From NCBI GenBank assembly GCA_039810585.1, contig JBDHXF010000003.1:13127-77126 (forward strand): a DNA stretch of 64,000 bases, written 5' to 3'. A program made the position numbers and the translations under genes. Shown piece by piece: positions 29,645 to 39,944 of this stretch. The stretch comes from Chlorobiota bacterium (GTDB lineage: Bacteria; Bacteroidota; Ignavibacteria; Kapaibacteriales; NICIL-2). Numbering within the stretch: the first letter of the stretch is position 1; each line of letters begins with the position of its first letter. Under the pieces are notes generated by a model. The model did not search any database. It was not told the origin of the DNA and saw only the letters and a list, made by a program, of their open reading frames with translations.

Positions 29645-31579
29645 TTATTCGCTGACGCGAATACGGATGCAGCGATTGAGAAAACGACCCTCAGGACGTG
29701 ACTCATTGAACTTGTCGGTCGATACCGAACTCACGATCTTAAAGCTGTTGTTGCCAACGCTACGAATAAAGTTCTCCGTTGACGCGGCTCTACGCTCGGA
29801 GAGCTGACGGTTACTCGCCTCATCGCCAATAGCGTCGGCACTGCCGAGTACTTGTATCGTGGAGCCGGCCGGCAGTTTACTGACCAGCTGACGAAGCAAG
29901 TCCTTGTTGGCCTGCGAAAACTCGGACGAGTTATAGTCGAAGCGCAGGATAGCATCGAACGATTGGAGGTTAAGAACAATCTGCTCGCGACGCAGGGACT
30001 GAAGATCGATGTCCTGATGATCATTCGAATTGAGCGAAGGAGCAGCATGCGACGCTATCTCGAGCGAGTATCGACCGGAGTCAGAGCTCAAGCGTTGGTT
30101 CAACTCCACCTTTCGTGAACCGCTTTGTTCGAAGACCTGCTCTTTAAAGGCAGGACTCTGCACAATGATCTCGCCGTTCTTGAAATTCATTGCCTCGATG
30201 CTGATGGTAGCCTCACCCTTGAGCTGGACAAATTGTTCGCGGGCAACGTATTCCTGTAAAGGAGCATTGACGAGTTGAATGTCGACGCGGCGATTCTCCT
30301 CACGACCTTGCGCATACTCGGCATTCGATGGATTGCGTGGACTAACCGCCGCCTTCGTGCTAATACGCTTGGCATCGATACCGTAGGCAATCAGTGCTTG
30401 ACGTACCGCGTCGGCACGCTGAGTGGCCAAATCGATACCGGTCTCGTCACTTCCCGATGTTGCCCCTTCAAGGACGACGGAAGAGTTAGGATTTGCAGAG
30501 ACAATTCCGGCGATGGACGCTAAGATTTGGCGGTGATATTCCACGGCATCATCAGTCTCCTCGATCAGCTGCCCATGGCGATAGTAACGTAAGGGAATCT
30601 CAGCCGAATTGTGGTCGAAGAACACAGCATTCACCAATGCAGTGGATGCTTTGAGTTCGTGTCCTGTCTGCAAATACGCGTTCACGTTTTCAATGTGCGC
30701 CGTTAGTATGGGCAAGGGTGGCGGCGGTTGAAAAGTCTGTGTCACTGCCGGCTTTTCGACCGGAGGTGGTGGCGGTGGAGGAGGAGCTTGAACCTGCTCT
30801 GCGGAACGCAGAGAGAATCGAAATCCAATATCACCGCGAATAGCTAGGGTTTTCCATGGAGCCGATGCAACGACGTCGTTCAACGTTTTTTCAATAGTCA
30901 CTTGCTGCGTGAAAAAACTGCTCGAGCCAACCGGGAGGAGATTCTCCACGCTGAGCGACAGGCCAATCAGGGGTTTGTTGATATCCGAAATGTCGTGCGT
31001 ACCATTGCTAATAGACACTGTTTGCCGGTTGTTCATCGTGTACACAACGTTTTCCGGAGAAACGATGCGCTGTTGCTGGTCGTAGGTGGCGGATGAGGCA
31101 AAGCCGGCAATGAATCCGATACCAAGGCGTTGATGAGAACGACCAATCTGTGAAATTTCATAGCGAAGTTCCGGTATCAAATCCAGGTAATGCAAGGTGG
31201 TGTTGATGCTGTTTTCAAACAGAACGGTTACCACACCGCCGGGCTTAGTCACGTCGGCAGCCGGGAGACTCGTGTTTTGAGCGTAAAGAGAAACACTGCG
31301 ATCGGTGTAGCGAACTCCAAGACCTACATACAATGAATGGAGGACAGGCGTTTCAAGACTCAGTGAAAACTCAGGACTCACCTGTGAGCCATGATCAAAG
31401 AGTCCGCAGTCTTGCACTCCTTCAAAACTGACAATTGTGCTGCTGTGACTGGTATATCCAACGCCCGCACGCGGATGGATAGCGAGCCACTCGCGTTCAA
31501 CTAAACTCTGTGCCTGTAGTCCAAGGTTGAGCACAATGAAAAGTGTGAGACCGACAACAAAACGCTGAAGCATATCCAA
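29645..31579 (-). CDS. OmpA-family outer membrane protein with N-terminal beta-barrel, poly-Pro linker and two OmpA-like peptidoglycan-binding domains
   Basis: Signal peptide, followed by PPPPPPPPVEKP...PPPPLP, then two OmpA-like C-terminal-type domains (...NRRVDIQLV and ...RCIRIRVSE). Confidence 0.65.
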   Translation of the reverse strand: MDMLQRFVVGLTLFIVLNLGLQAQSLVEREWLAIHPRAGVGYTSHSSTIVSFEGVQDCGLFDHGSQVSPEFSLSLETPVLHSLYVGLGVRYTDRSVSLYAQNTSLPAADVTKPGGVVTVLFENSINTTLHYLDLIPELRYEISQIGRSHQRLGIGFIAGFASSATYDQQQRIVSPENVVYTMNNRQTVSISNGTHDISDINKPLIGLSLSVENLLPVGSSSFFTQQVTIEKTLNDVVASAPWKTLAIRGDIGFRFSLRSAEQVQAPPPPPPPPVEKPAVTQTFQPPPPLPILTAHIENVNAYLQTGHELKASTALVNAVFFDHNSAEIPLRYYRHGQLIEETDDAVEYHRQILASIAGIVSANPNSSVVLEGATSGSDETGIDLATQRADAVRQALIAYGIDAKRISTKAAVSPRNPSNAEYAQGREENRRVDIQLVNAPLQEYVAREQFVQLKGEATISIEAMNFKNGEIIVQSPAFKEQVFEQSGSRKVELNQRLSSDSGRYSLEIASHAAPSLNSNDHQDIDLQSLRREQIVLNLQSFDAILRFDYNSSEFSQANKDLLRQLVSKLPAGSTIQVLGSADAIGDEASNRQLSERRAASTENFIRSVGNNSFKIVSSVSTDKFNESRPEGRFLNRCIRIRVSE

Positions 31580-31668
31580 CTGATCCGTGTTGACTAATTT
31601 GACTACAAATATCGCCTGCAGGCGGCATTTGAGCCCGCGAATGTTCCACCACCCGAAGATGTTTCCGT

Positions 31669-33120
31669 ATGATTATTCTTGAGGAAAACGAGGCCATCCA
31701 ACGCTATTGTTCAGACGCTTCCAATCTCCAGGGACAACCCACTCGCGTGCTTGTACCAGAAACCGTGCAGGAACTGTGCCAGTCCGTTCGTACCTGTGCT
31801 GCCGATGGGATTTCCATGGGAATCAGTGGAAATGGGACAGGATTAGTGGGTGGACGAGTGATGCCGGAAGGTACCCTCGTCTCGATGGAAGCCTTTCGAA
31901 ACTGTCAGATCGACACATCGGCACGCCGAGCTACTGTTGGCTGCGGTCTCAGTATGCAGGAATTCCAGCAAGCTGCTCAAGAACTGGGATTGCTGTATCC
32001 TCCGGATCCCACGGAATGGTCGGCAGCCATGGGCGGCACGTGGGCCACGAATGCCTCCGGAGCTCGAACTTTTAAGTATGGTCCCACGCGATCCTGGGTG
32101 GAAGCCTTGCGCGTGGTTCTCCCGGACGGCGAAGAGTGCTACCTGAGACGAGGAGATGCTGTTGCAGAACAGTATCACCTTACCTTTTGCTCGCTCAGTG
32201 GCAAGAACTACAGTGTTGACTTACCGAGATATAACCTGCCCCGCACTTCGAAGCATGCAGCAGGTTACTATACATCCCCAAACATGGATGCAGTGGACTT
32301 GTTCATTGGAAGTGAGGGCACACTAGGTTTTCTTGTTGAAGCGGAGCTTCGGCTGCTTCCCGCACCGGAACGGGTATTAGGAATGATCGTGTTCTTTGAG
32401 TCTAACGATGCCCTCCTGAGTTGTGTCGAGTCGCTGCGTCCAACGCGAGGAACTGATGCACCCATCAGTCCACGTCTTGTAGAGTTCTTCGACCGCCGAG
32501 CACTGGATTTTATTTCGCCGTCCTATCCGGACATCCCGGCGGATGCAGCTGCTGCATTGTGGATTGAGCAGGAATTCGAGGCGAGCAGGGAAGATGAGGT
32601 GTTTAGGTCGTGGACGACTTTTCTTCAGCGCGCTTCGGCGCTTGCTGATAAGGCGTGGTATGCCTTCGACGAACGCCGTCATGCCGAGTTTCGCGCCTTT
32701 CGTCACGCGTTGCCAAGTGCGGTGTACGAAAAGATCAGCTCAAACAAACAATCAAAAATTGGAACTGACATCGCCGTGCCGGAAGATTCATTCCGCGAAT
32801 TCTTTAGGTTTTACCTCGAAGTCTTTGCCGAGCATGATGTGGAATATGTACTCTTTGGTCACATCGGCAATTGTCACCTTCATGCCAATATCTTCAGCAA
32901 TGACCGTCTGAGCTACGAAGACTCCATCAGAATCTATGACCGTTGTATTGAGAAGGGATTGTCACTAGGCGGTACTGTATCTGCCGAACACGGTATCGGA
33001 AAGCTCAAGCGCAAGTACCTTGAGCAGATGTGGGGAGAGGAAGCAATTGAGTCGATGCGCACGATGCGCCGAGCCCTCGACCCCAATGCTCTGTTGAGTC
33101 GTGGCAATATGTTCCTGTAG
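31669..33120 (+). CDS. FAD-linked oxidase (PCMH-type FAD-binding; GlcD/D-lactate dehydrogenase family)
   Basis: 483 aa with an N-terminal FAD-binding domain and a C-terminal FAD-oxidase_C-like region. Confidence 0.75.
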   Translation: MIILEENEAIQRYCSDASNLQGQPTRVLVPETVQELCQSVRTCAADGISMGISGNGTGLVGGRVMPEGTLVSMEAFRNCQIDTSARRATVGCGLSMQEFQQAAQELGLLYPPDPTEWSAAMGGTWATNASGARTFKYGPTRSWVEALRVVLPDGEECYLRRGDAVAEQYHLTFCSLSGKNYSVDLPRYNLPRTSKHAAGYYTSPNMDAVDLFIGSEGTLGFLVEAELRLLPAPERVLGMIVFFESNDALLSCVESLRPTRGTDAPISPRLVEFFDRRALDFISPSYPDIPADAAAALWIEQEFEASREDEVFRSWTTFLQRASALADKAWYAFDERRHAEFRAFRHALPSAVYEKISSNKQSKIGTDIAVPEDSFREFFRFYLEVFAEHDVEYVLFGHIGNCHLHANIFSNDRLSYEDSIRIYDRCIEKGLSLGGTVSAEHGIGKLKRKYLEQMWGEEAIESMRTMRRALDPNALLSRGNMFL

Positions 33121-33121
33121 T

Positions 33122-33141
33122 GCAGGCAGCATGCTGCCTGC
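33122..33141. terminator. Perfect 20-nt palindrome GCAGGCAGCATGCTGCCTGC between convergent genes
   Basis: Seen directly, starting 1 nt after the FAD-oxidase stop. Confidence 0.4.
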
Positions 33142-33190
33142 GTATTAAAAGACATTGAACGTGGGTTACGTGCGATGGCTGTGTTATACC

Positions 33191-33877
33191 TTAGCTCACC
33201 GCACCGGCGTGGGAGAAGTACGAGCTGTGCAGAAATGCAAAGCGCACGAGGCCGGCAGTATTGTTGACACCTAGCTTATCCATCAAGTGTGCCCGGTGTG
33301 TTTCGACGGTACGCGGAGAAATGAAGAGCTTATTGGCAATTTCCTGACTGGTCATTCCTTGAGCGACCAAGTTCAGAATTTCTTCCTCACGACGGGTGAG
33401 ACCCACGGGCAGCGTACCGGCTGTTTGCGATTGCGTGGGTGTTTTACCTTGCATCAGAGCCAGCACTGCCTTAGAAAACACGCGTTCGCCGTCCATCACT
33501 TGTTCAACGGCATCGAGTAGTTCGCGGCGGCTGATTTCTTTGGACAAATAGCCATCGGCGCCCGACTGCAGAGCTTGGTCAAGGTAGTATTGATCTTCAA
33601 ATGTCGTGAGCATCACCACCCGAACTTGGTCGTGGTGTTGCTTGATCTTCTTGGCAGCTTCGATACCGTTACAATTTGGCATGAGCACGTCGAGGAACAC
33701 GATGTCCGGACGTTCGTGTTCTGCCAGATACACGGCTTCTTCGCCGGTTGATGCTTCACCCACGATGTCGATGTTGGAATCGGTGAGGAGGAGTCGGCGA
33801 ACTCCAACGCGCACCAACTCGTGGTCGTCTGCTAATACAATGCGAACGGTTTTGGTGGCTCGTCTGTTGCTCGGCAT
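33191..33877 (-). CDS. Two-component response regulator, NarL/LuxR family (receiver + LuxR HTH)
   Basis: Receiver (VRIVLADDHELVRVG...D...), then a C-terminal LuxR HTH (LTRREEEILNLVAQGMTSQEIANKLFISPRTVETHR). The chosen start is the ATG at complement 33875-33877, with AGGAAC as the RBS. Confidence 0.85.
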   Translation of the reverse strand: MPSNRRATKTVRIVLADDHELVRVGVRRLLLTDSNIDIVGEASTGEEAVYLAEHERPDIVFLDVLMPNCNGIEAAKKIKQHHDQVRVVMLTTFEDQYYLDQALQSGADGYLSKEISRRELLDAVEQVMDGERVFSKAVLALMQGKTPTQSQTAGTLPVGLTRREEEILNLVAQGMTSQEIANKLFISPRTVETHRAHLMDKLGVNNTAGLVRFAFLHSSYFSHAGAVS

Positions 33878-33994
33878 AAGGTTCCTTCCCATTGCGATAC
33901 ATTGTGCACGGTGAACCGTTACGTGGTTCACGATCTTCCATGATTTTCGGCTGCGAGCGATAAAGTCTTGAATTCTTGACGAAAAATCGTCGAC

Positions 33995-35965
33995 TTAGCC
34001 TGTTTTCTCCACCTCGCGAACCCAGAGATTCATTTGGGCGTCGCTGGGCATACGCCAATCACCTCGTGGCGAAAGAGCCACACTTCCTACCTTGGGGCCG
34101 TCCGGCATGGAGTTGCGCTTAAATTGATTGGCAAAAAAGCGCTGATAAAATACATGAAGCCAGTGACGCAATGTGTCGTCCTCATAGCGTCCCTCAAAGG
34201 CCTGTTGCGCCAACAACAAGATCTTGTGCGGCGGATAATGATGGCGTAACATGGCATACAAGTAAAAGTCGTGCAGCTCGTATGGCCCAATACTCTCTTC
34301 TGTTGACTGAGTAGAGATGCCATCCTCGTCCAAGGGGAGCAGTTCCGGCGAAATGGGCTGTTCACAGATCTCCAATAACAGCGATTGCAACGAGTTGCTC
34401 GCGTGCTCCGCAGCTTGCCATCGGACAAGAGTGTTCACTAACGTTTTTGGAATGCCACTGTTCACGGCGTACATGCTCATGTGATCGCCATTAAATGTGC
34501 TCCACCCCAGGGCTATTTCCGATAAGTCGCCCGTTCCAATCACGAAGGCACCATTCTGATTGGCAACATCCATCAATACTTGCGTCCTTTCCCGTGCTTG
34601 GGCATTTTCATACACTACGTTATGCACCGATGGATCGTGGCCAATATCGTGGAAGTGCGACAAGGTTGTTTCGCGGATGGAGATTTCCCGAAAATCAACC
34701 TTCAGTTCTTCAGCCAGGAGTTGTGCGTAGTTGCGGGTGCGAGTGCTGGTCCCAAATCCCGGCATTGAAATGGCGTGAATGCCGTGGAGATCGAGCGACA
34801 TCTTCCGAAATGTGTGCACGCACACGAGCAGAGCTAAGGTGGAGTCCAGTCCTCCCGAAATTCCAATAACCAGCTGTGTGCATCGCGTGAAGCGCAATCG
34901 CTTCTCGAGCGCCGTGCATTGAAGGGCAAATATCTCGGCGCATCGTTCGGAGCGACGTTTATCGGACGCCGGTACAAAGGGATGCGCTTGGTGCGGCCGG
35001 CGAATAGTGTCGACACTTCTATCGTTCAATACCACGCTCACGTGATGAAAGTCTTGAGCCGAAATCTCCGACCGAAAGGTAGAGTTTCGGAAGCGATCGT
35101 TTTCCAGTGCCTCGACGTCCACGTCTGCCATGGTTATCTGAGAGTCAAAACGAAAGCGCTCACTTTCTTGAAGAATCATTCCGTTCTCGCAGATCAAGGT
35201 ATGTCCGGCAAAAACGACGTCGGTCGACGATTCATGAGAACCGGCCGAACAGTACACATAAGCCCCAATGCATCGCGCCGATTGCATACGTACGAGATCG
35301 CGACGGTACTCAGCCTTTCCGAGCACCTCATTACTGGCACTGAGATTGAAGATGACTTGAGCACCGGTGAGCGACATATCCGTGCTGGGAGATTTTGTGG
35401 CCCACAAGTCTTCGCAAATCTCAACCCCAAAGCAAAAGGACGTTGCCGTTGACGCAGAGCTGTGCTGCTGCTCGAATAACAAATTGGCGCCGAAAGGGAC
35501 TGAATTTCCGCAGACCATAATCGTGTCTTCCACGCGGTCTCGGTCCGATGCAAACCAGCGAGACTCGTAAAACTCATTGTAATTGGGCAGGAAGGTTTTC
35601 GGAACCACGCCCAGAATGTGTCCTTTGGCGATAACGACGGCGCAGTTGTATAGCTGTCCACGACTATGCAACGGTGCACCGACGATCAACACGCTGTCAA
35701 CACTCTCGCTTTCGCGGCAGAGTTCAGCGAGTCCGTCCTCCGTTGCTCCCAGCAACGTGGTTTGATAAAAGAGGTCCGAGCATGAGTACGCGCTCACACT
35801 CAACTCAGGAAACAGAACTACTTGTGCGCCTCCGGCTTCCGCACTTCGAAAGCACCGACGAATCTCCGCCACGTTAAACGGTACATCCGCAATGCGTAGC
35901 TCCGGTGTAACGGCTGCCACACGCACATAACCAAAACGCTGAAGGGAAAGTGAGGGTGTACTCAT
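33995..35965 (-). CDS. nadE: Glutamine-dependent NAD+ synthetase
   Basis: 656 aa. N-terminal CN-hydrolase domain plus a C-terminal NAD synthetase with the PP-loop ISGGLDSTLAL. Confidence 0.9.
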   Translation of the reverse strand: MSTPSLSLQRFGYVRVAAVTPELRIADVPFNVAEIRRCFRSAEAGGAQVVLFPELSVSAYSCSDLFYQTTLLGATEDGLAELCRESESVDSVLIVGAPLHSRGQLYNCAVVIAKGHILGVVPKTFLPNYNEFYESRWFASDRDRVEDTIMVCGNSVPFGANLLFEQQHSSASTATSFCFGVEICEDLWATKSPSTDMSLTGAQVIFNLSASNEVLGKAEYRRDLVRMQSARCIGAYVYCSAGSHESSTDVVFAGHTLICENGMILQESERFRFDSQITMADVDVEALENDRFRNSTFRSEISAQDFHHVSVVLNDRSVDTIRRPHQAHPFVPASDKRRSERCAEIFALQCTALEKRLRFTRCTQLVIGISGGLDSTLALLVCVHTFRKMSLDLHGIHAISMPGFGTSTRTRNYAQLLAEELKVDFREISIRETTLSHFHDIGHDPSVHNVVYENAQARERTQVLMDVANQNGAFVIGTGDLSEIALGWSTFNGDHMSMYAVNSGIPKTLVNTLVRWQAAEHASNSLQSLLLEICEQPISPELLPLDEDGISTQSTEESIGPYELHDFYLYAMLRHHYPPHKILLLAQQAFEGRYEDDTLRHWLHVFYQRFFANQFKRNSMPDGPKVGSVALSPRGDWRMPSDAQMNLWVREVEKTG

Positions 35966-36003
35966 GAATGCAAGTAAATATGCCCAAAACTACGAAAAGC
36001 GAG

Positions 36004-36043
36004 GATCAAAGGGAGCGAGTGACGAATGGCGAGCCCTTTGATC
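36004..36043. terminator. Hairpin (10-bp perfect stem GATCAAAGGG / CCCTTTGATC, 20-nt loop) between the photolyase end and the nadE start
   Basis: Seen directly. U-rich flank on the plus side (TTTATA). Confidence 0.35.
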
Positions 36044-36068
36044 TTTATAGGTGCTTGAGAGCGCTGCC

Positions 36069-37439
36069 CTATGCAGTCATCGACTTTAACGCCGCGCCAT
36101 AGACAGTCAAAGCTCGTTGACGAGCCATAGCGTGATCCACAATCGGGCTTCGGTAAAAATCGTCAGCATCCAGCCAACGTTTGCAATACTCTAGGTCCGG
36201 ATCGAACTTTCGTTGCTGCTCCATAGGGTTAAACACGCGGAAATACGGTGCAGCATCGCATCCACAGCCCGCACTCCATTGCCAGTTGCCGTTGTTTGAT
36301 GACAACTCGTAATCCAAAAGAAGCCGTGCGAAGTAGGCCTCACCACGGCGCCAATCGATCAGCAAATGTTTGCATAAAAAACTTGCCACCACCATGCGAA
36401 CGCGGTTGTGCATAAACCCGGTTGCCTTCAATTCTCTCATACCGGCATCCACCATCGGATAGCCCGTTTTTCCCTCACACCACGAATGAAAATCCTGCTC
36501 GTCGTTTCTCCACGCAATCGCTTCGTACTGTGGCTTGAAACAGTCGGTCACAACGCGTGGATGATGATACAGAATCATCATAAAAAACTCGCGCCAAATC
36601 AATTCATTCAGCCAGGTTTCGCTATTCGCGCGCGCTACGCGCACACACTCGCGAATGCTGATTGTTCCGAAACGCAAGTGCACGCTGAGATGTGTGGTGG
36701 CATCGAGTGCGGGAAGGTTTCTCGTCTCCTCGTAACGCTTCAAAAGGCTAATAGATGGTTGTGTTGGGTAGTGCGGGTAGTCACACTTCATAAATCCCAA
36801 TTGTTGCATACCCGGAATCTTCGGATGAAGTATTGGAGCAAAGGCATTGAGATGTGTGCTCGTCTCAAAATGTTGAAGCTTTGCGTCGGCCAAGGCAGCT
36901 TTCCATTTACGTGAGTACGGCGTGAAGACTGTGTACGCAGTACCGTCGTCCTTCAATACCTCATTCTCTTCGAACAGCACTTGATCCTTAAGGCTATGAA
37001 AGGCAACGCCGTGATGGCGCAGAAGCTCCTCGACTTGTGAATCACGTGCTCGGGCGGCAGGTTCATAGTCCTTATTGCAATACACCGCGGAAATGGGGAA
37101 GCGACGGAGGATGTCCACGAAACAATCACCTACCTGTCCGTGCAGAAATAGTATAGAGCTTCCTTGTTCTCGTAACGCCCCATCCAGACTTTGGAGTGTA
37201 TCATGGATGAACTGCACACGTTTATCCGATGTATCCTCAAGGTTGTCCAAGATTTCCCGATCGAAGATGAACAGGGGAATGACCTTCTTGCCGGATCGTA
37301 AGGCGAGTGACAGCGCATGATTATCGTTCAGCCGCAAATCGCGCCGAAACCAGTGTACGACGTATTCTTCTGAGGATTTCAACTGTTGTTCGAGTTGGTG
37401 AGCGGTGACCAGATCTGCGATTCTTTTAGATGTCGACAA
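36069..37439 (-). CDS. phrB: Deoxyribodipyrimidine photolyase / cryptochrome family protein
   Basis: Photolyase N-terminus (VVHWFRRDLRLNDNHAL) and an FAD-binding domain (WREFF...). The track start at 37514 runs through the upstream gene's terminator, so the true start is probably internal. An in-frame TTG at complement 37437-37439 is the candidate. The 5' end is uncertain. Confidence 0.75.
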   Translation of the reverse strand: MSTSKRIADLVTAHQLEQQLKSSEEYVVHWFRRDLRLNDNHALSLALRSGKKVIPLFIFDREILDNLEDTSDKRVQFIHDTLQSLDGALREQGSSILFLHGQVGDCFVDILRRFPISAVYCNKDYEPAARARDSQVEELLRHHGVAFHSLKDQVLFEENEVLKDDGTAYTVFTPYSRKWKAALADAKLQHFETSTHLNAFAPILHPKIPGMQQLGFMKCDYPHYPTQPSISLLKRYEETRNLPALDATTHLSVHLRFGTISIRECVRVARANSETWLNELIWREFFMMILYHHPRVVTDCFKPQYEAIAWRNDEQDFHSWCEGKTGYPMVDAGMRELKATGFMHNRVRMVVASFLCKHLLIDWRRGEAYFARLLLDYELSSNNGNWQWSAGCGCDAAPYFRVFNPMEQQRKFDPDLEYCKRWLDADDFYRSPIVDHAMARQRALTVYGAALKSMTA

Positions 37440-37473
37440 TGTACGACGCGGGACTTTAGCTCCGTACGGTGAA

Positions 37474-37505
37474 TAAAAAAAGCCGGATATCAATCGATAT
37501 CCGGC
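37474..37505 (-). terminator. Intrinsic terminator for the OmpA-family gene 37527-39497 (minus strand)
   Basis: Stem GCCGGATATC, loop aatc, stem GATATCCGGC. The preceding plus-strand A8 becomes a U-tail on the minus-strand transcript. Confidence 0.6.
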
Positions 37506-37526
37506 TTTACTCATGCGAGAGCGGGA

Positions 37527-39497
37527 CTAGCGAGGAGTTTCCACGACAATCTGCACAGTACGATTGAGCTGACGTCCCAGAGCCGGGTCGTTATCGTACG
37601 GAGCATTCAATTCGCCGTAGCCGTACACTTCATACTTGACATCCTTCATTTTTGCTTGAAGAGCCGCCATGGTAGCACGTGCACGACGCAATGACAATTC
37701 GCGATTGTATTTGTCGTCGCCGATGCGATCGGTGTGACCGTAAATCTTGACGGTTGAATTGTATTTGATTGCCGGAATCACTTTTTGATCCAGGATGCGT
37801 TGGTTGTCGGGTGTAATGACATCCTTGTCGAAATCAAACAGGATCAAGCTAAACTTGTCGACCGTGCGATCGGCCAGTTTCTCTTGCTTCTTCTTGAGCG
37901 AAGAAATGTAATCGACCGGTAAGGAACCGTTGAAGGTTTTCGAAGCACCGCGAGAGTTTTCAACGGTGTAGCTATAGTCAATCGGAACCTGCTTGTCGGA
38001 CAATTCGCTCGGACGAATTGACCAACGAATAGCGCTCGTCTCACCAATGCCCGATAAGCTGCGCAAGGTGCGTCCGGCTTGAGTGAGTTCCAGTTTCCAT
38101 GAGGTGATCGGGTCTGACGACTTATTCGCCGGGATAAACTCAATCACATCGGGATCTGCCAAACGTTCAATATCTTGTTTCGAGACCACCGGCGACAGGA
38201 GATCCGGCATGTCCGAATGGAATTCTACGCGGCGGTTTTCGGCTTGCCCGTCAGGCACGGTAGACGACGAAGCTTTCTCCGGTAAATCGCGTGCTTGCAC
38301 CTCAAGTCGTTCAGATTCTACGCCACAGTCCACAAGATATTGCTTTACCATTTCGGCACGTTGGCGGGACAGTTCTTTGTTCTTGACTTCGCCCTTGCCA
38401 TCGTTCGTTCCGGTAATCGTCAAGCGGGCACTTGGGTACTTCTTCATGCGGGTACACAGCAGATCAAGGATGTCTTGATTGACCTTAATGGCGTCGTTCA
38501 ACGTAGTAAAATCGCTGGCTTCACCGCTTTCGCGCTTCTTTGGAACGACAAGCGCAGTGTCGGTCTTGGTTCCGTTTTGATTAAAGAACACGTAGGGCAC
38601 CAGTGGATAGAGCTCAGAATACTGAATGTCCTCCACACGGAGTTTATTCACATCCATGGTATCGCCCTTATCGTTGTAGCTCACCACGCGCTTAATGCTT
38701 GGTTCAACAAAAGGCTCTTCCGGTGGTTTCGGCGTCGTGTCGTTCTTTGATGCCAAATCGAACATCAAATTGACGCCGACTCGGAGTTGTGGAATGGACC
38801 ACGAATCGAAGTGTGCGTCCGACGAGACCTTGGTGAACGGAAACCTGATCGTTGCTTCCGGTTGTAGGTGTATGGTGTTGCTGAGAGCAATGTCGTACCC
38901 TAAACCTGCAAGCAAAGCGACACGAAACGATGGGGAACTGACTCCGGCATCCGTGATCGGGCTTCGACTACTCGTTACACCGTTCACAATAGAGTCGCCG
39001 GTCTTTGCATAGCTCGGCGAAAGCGCAAAGCCCATATCCAAACCGGCAAGCACGTACAAGTTTTCCAGTGGAATGAGTTTTGGAAGTTTTACGATTGGAC
39101 TGATCTCCAGCATCGGTACCGATGGGCTAATCGTGTCATGAACGTGCACCGTGGCGCTGTCAAAGCTACCATACAACTTCCCGTTCAGTTGGTTGTACGC
39201 GATACGAAGTCCTAATCCCCATGACGGTGAAAGTGGGTAGTCGATCATTCCACCGATGGCGGCTCCAAGACCTGTCGAGCTGCTATTGAAGGTCGGAAAG
39301 CCGAATTCACTCGGTGTTGGAAACGAAGCCGATGGAAAATTGAAATTCAAACCTCCATGGAAACCAATGGACACCGGTGGTGTTTTATCTGCCGTAACAG
39401 GCGTTGGCGTGAGCGTTTGCGTGGAATCGGCCGCAGATGCGTTGCTTATTTGAAATAGTACAAATGCAAGCACCGCTAGCAGGGTAGCTTTTTTCAT
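37527..39497 (-). CDS. OmpA-family outer membrane protein, paralog-like architecture (beta-barrel + two OmpA-like domains)
   Basis: Start chosen at MKKATLLAVLAFVLFQISNASA (ATG at complement 39495-39497). C-terminal OmpA-like domains: ...ENRRVEFHS and ...QLNRTVQIVVETPR. Confidence 0.65.
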   Translation of the reverse strand: MKKATLLAVLAFVLFQISNASAADSTQTLTPTPVTADKTPPVSIGFHGGLNFNFPSASFPTPSEFGFPTFNSSSTGLGAAIGGMIDYPLSPSWGLGLRIAYNQLNGKLYGSFDSATVHVHDTISPSVPMLEISPIVKLPKLIPLENLYVLAGLDMGFALSPSYAKTGDSIVNGVTSSRSPITDAGVSSPSFRVALLAGLGYDIALSNTIHLQPEATIRFPFTKVSSDAHFDSWSIPQLRVGVNLMFDLASKNDTTPKPPEEPFVEPSIKRVVSYNDKGDTMDVNKLRVEDIQYSELYPLVPYVFFNQNGTKTDTALVVPKKRESGEASDFTTLNDAIKVNQDILDLLCTRMKKYPSARLTITGTNDGKGEVKNKELSRQRAEMVKQYLVDCGVESERLEVQARDLPEKASSSTVPDGQAENRRVEFHSDMPDLLSPVVSKQDIERLADPDVIEFIPANKSSDPITSWKLELTQAGRTLRSLSGIGETSAIRWSIRPSELSDKQVPIDYSYTVENSRGASKTFNGSLPVDYISSLKKKQEKLADRTVDKFSLILFDFDKDVITPDNQRILDQKVIPAIKYNSTVKIYGHTDRIGDDKYNRELSLRRARATMAALQAKMKDVKYEVYGYGELNAPYDNDPALGRQLNRTVQIVVETPR

Positions 39498-39944
39498 AGA
39501 ATTGGATATGTACATGAAACTGCTGCTGTTTCGAATGGGGTTGCAAATTACAAAAGGTTGGAACATAGACTAAACCTCAGTCCTCAAGTGATGGTCAGAA
39601 AGTGAGTTGAAGGAGAGTATGCATTGTATGCACAAGTTCCCGACGAATACAGGGGCTAAGAGATTGTGCGCAGATAATAACAAACTGATGTTCGAGTGTA
39701 TCCGAACACCATTTTGGAGAACTCTCCACGATACGTACGCGAAAAATTGTCATTGAGATTGGTTGTGCAAACGAAATCACCGGAGAAGTCGTAGGTATCC
39801 TTCGACTATCGATGGTATTTCCTGTGCATCTGAGGGAGACCGGGAGTACAACATTCGACCTTGGTGCACGTTGTAGCGTTGACGAGTCGGCTGTTAAAAT
39901 ATCGTTATCACATAGTTTTAGGAATTATGGCGGAGAAGGGAATC

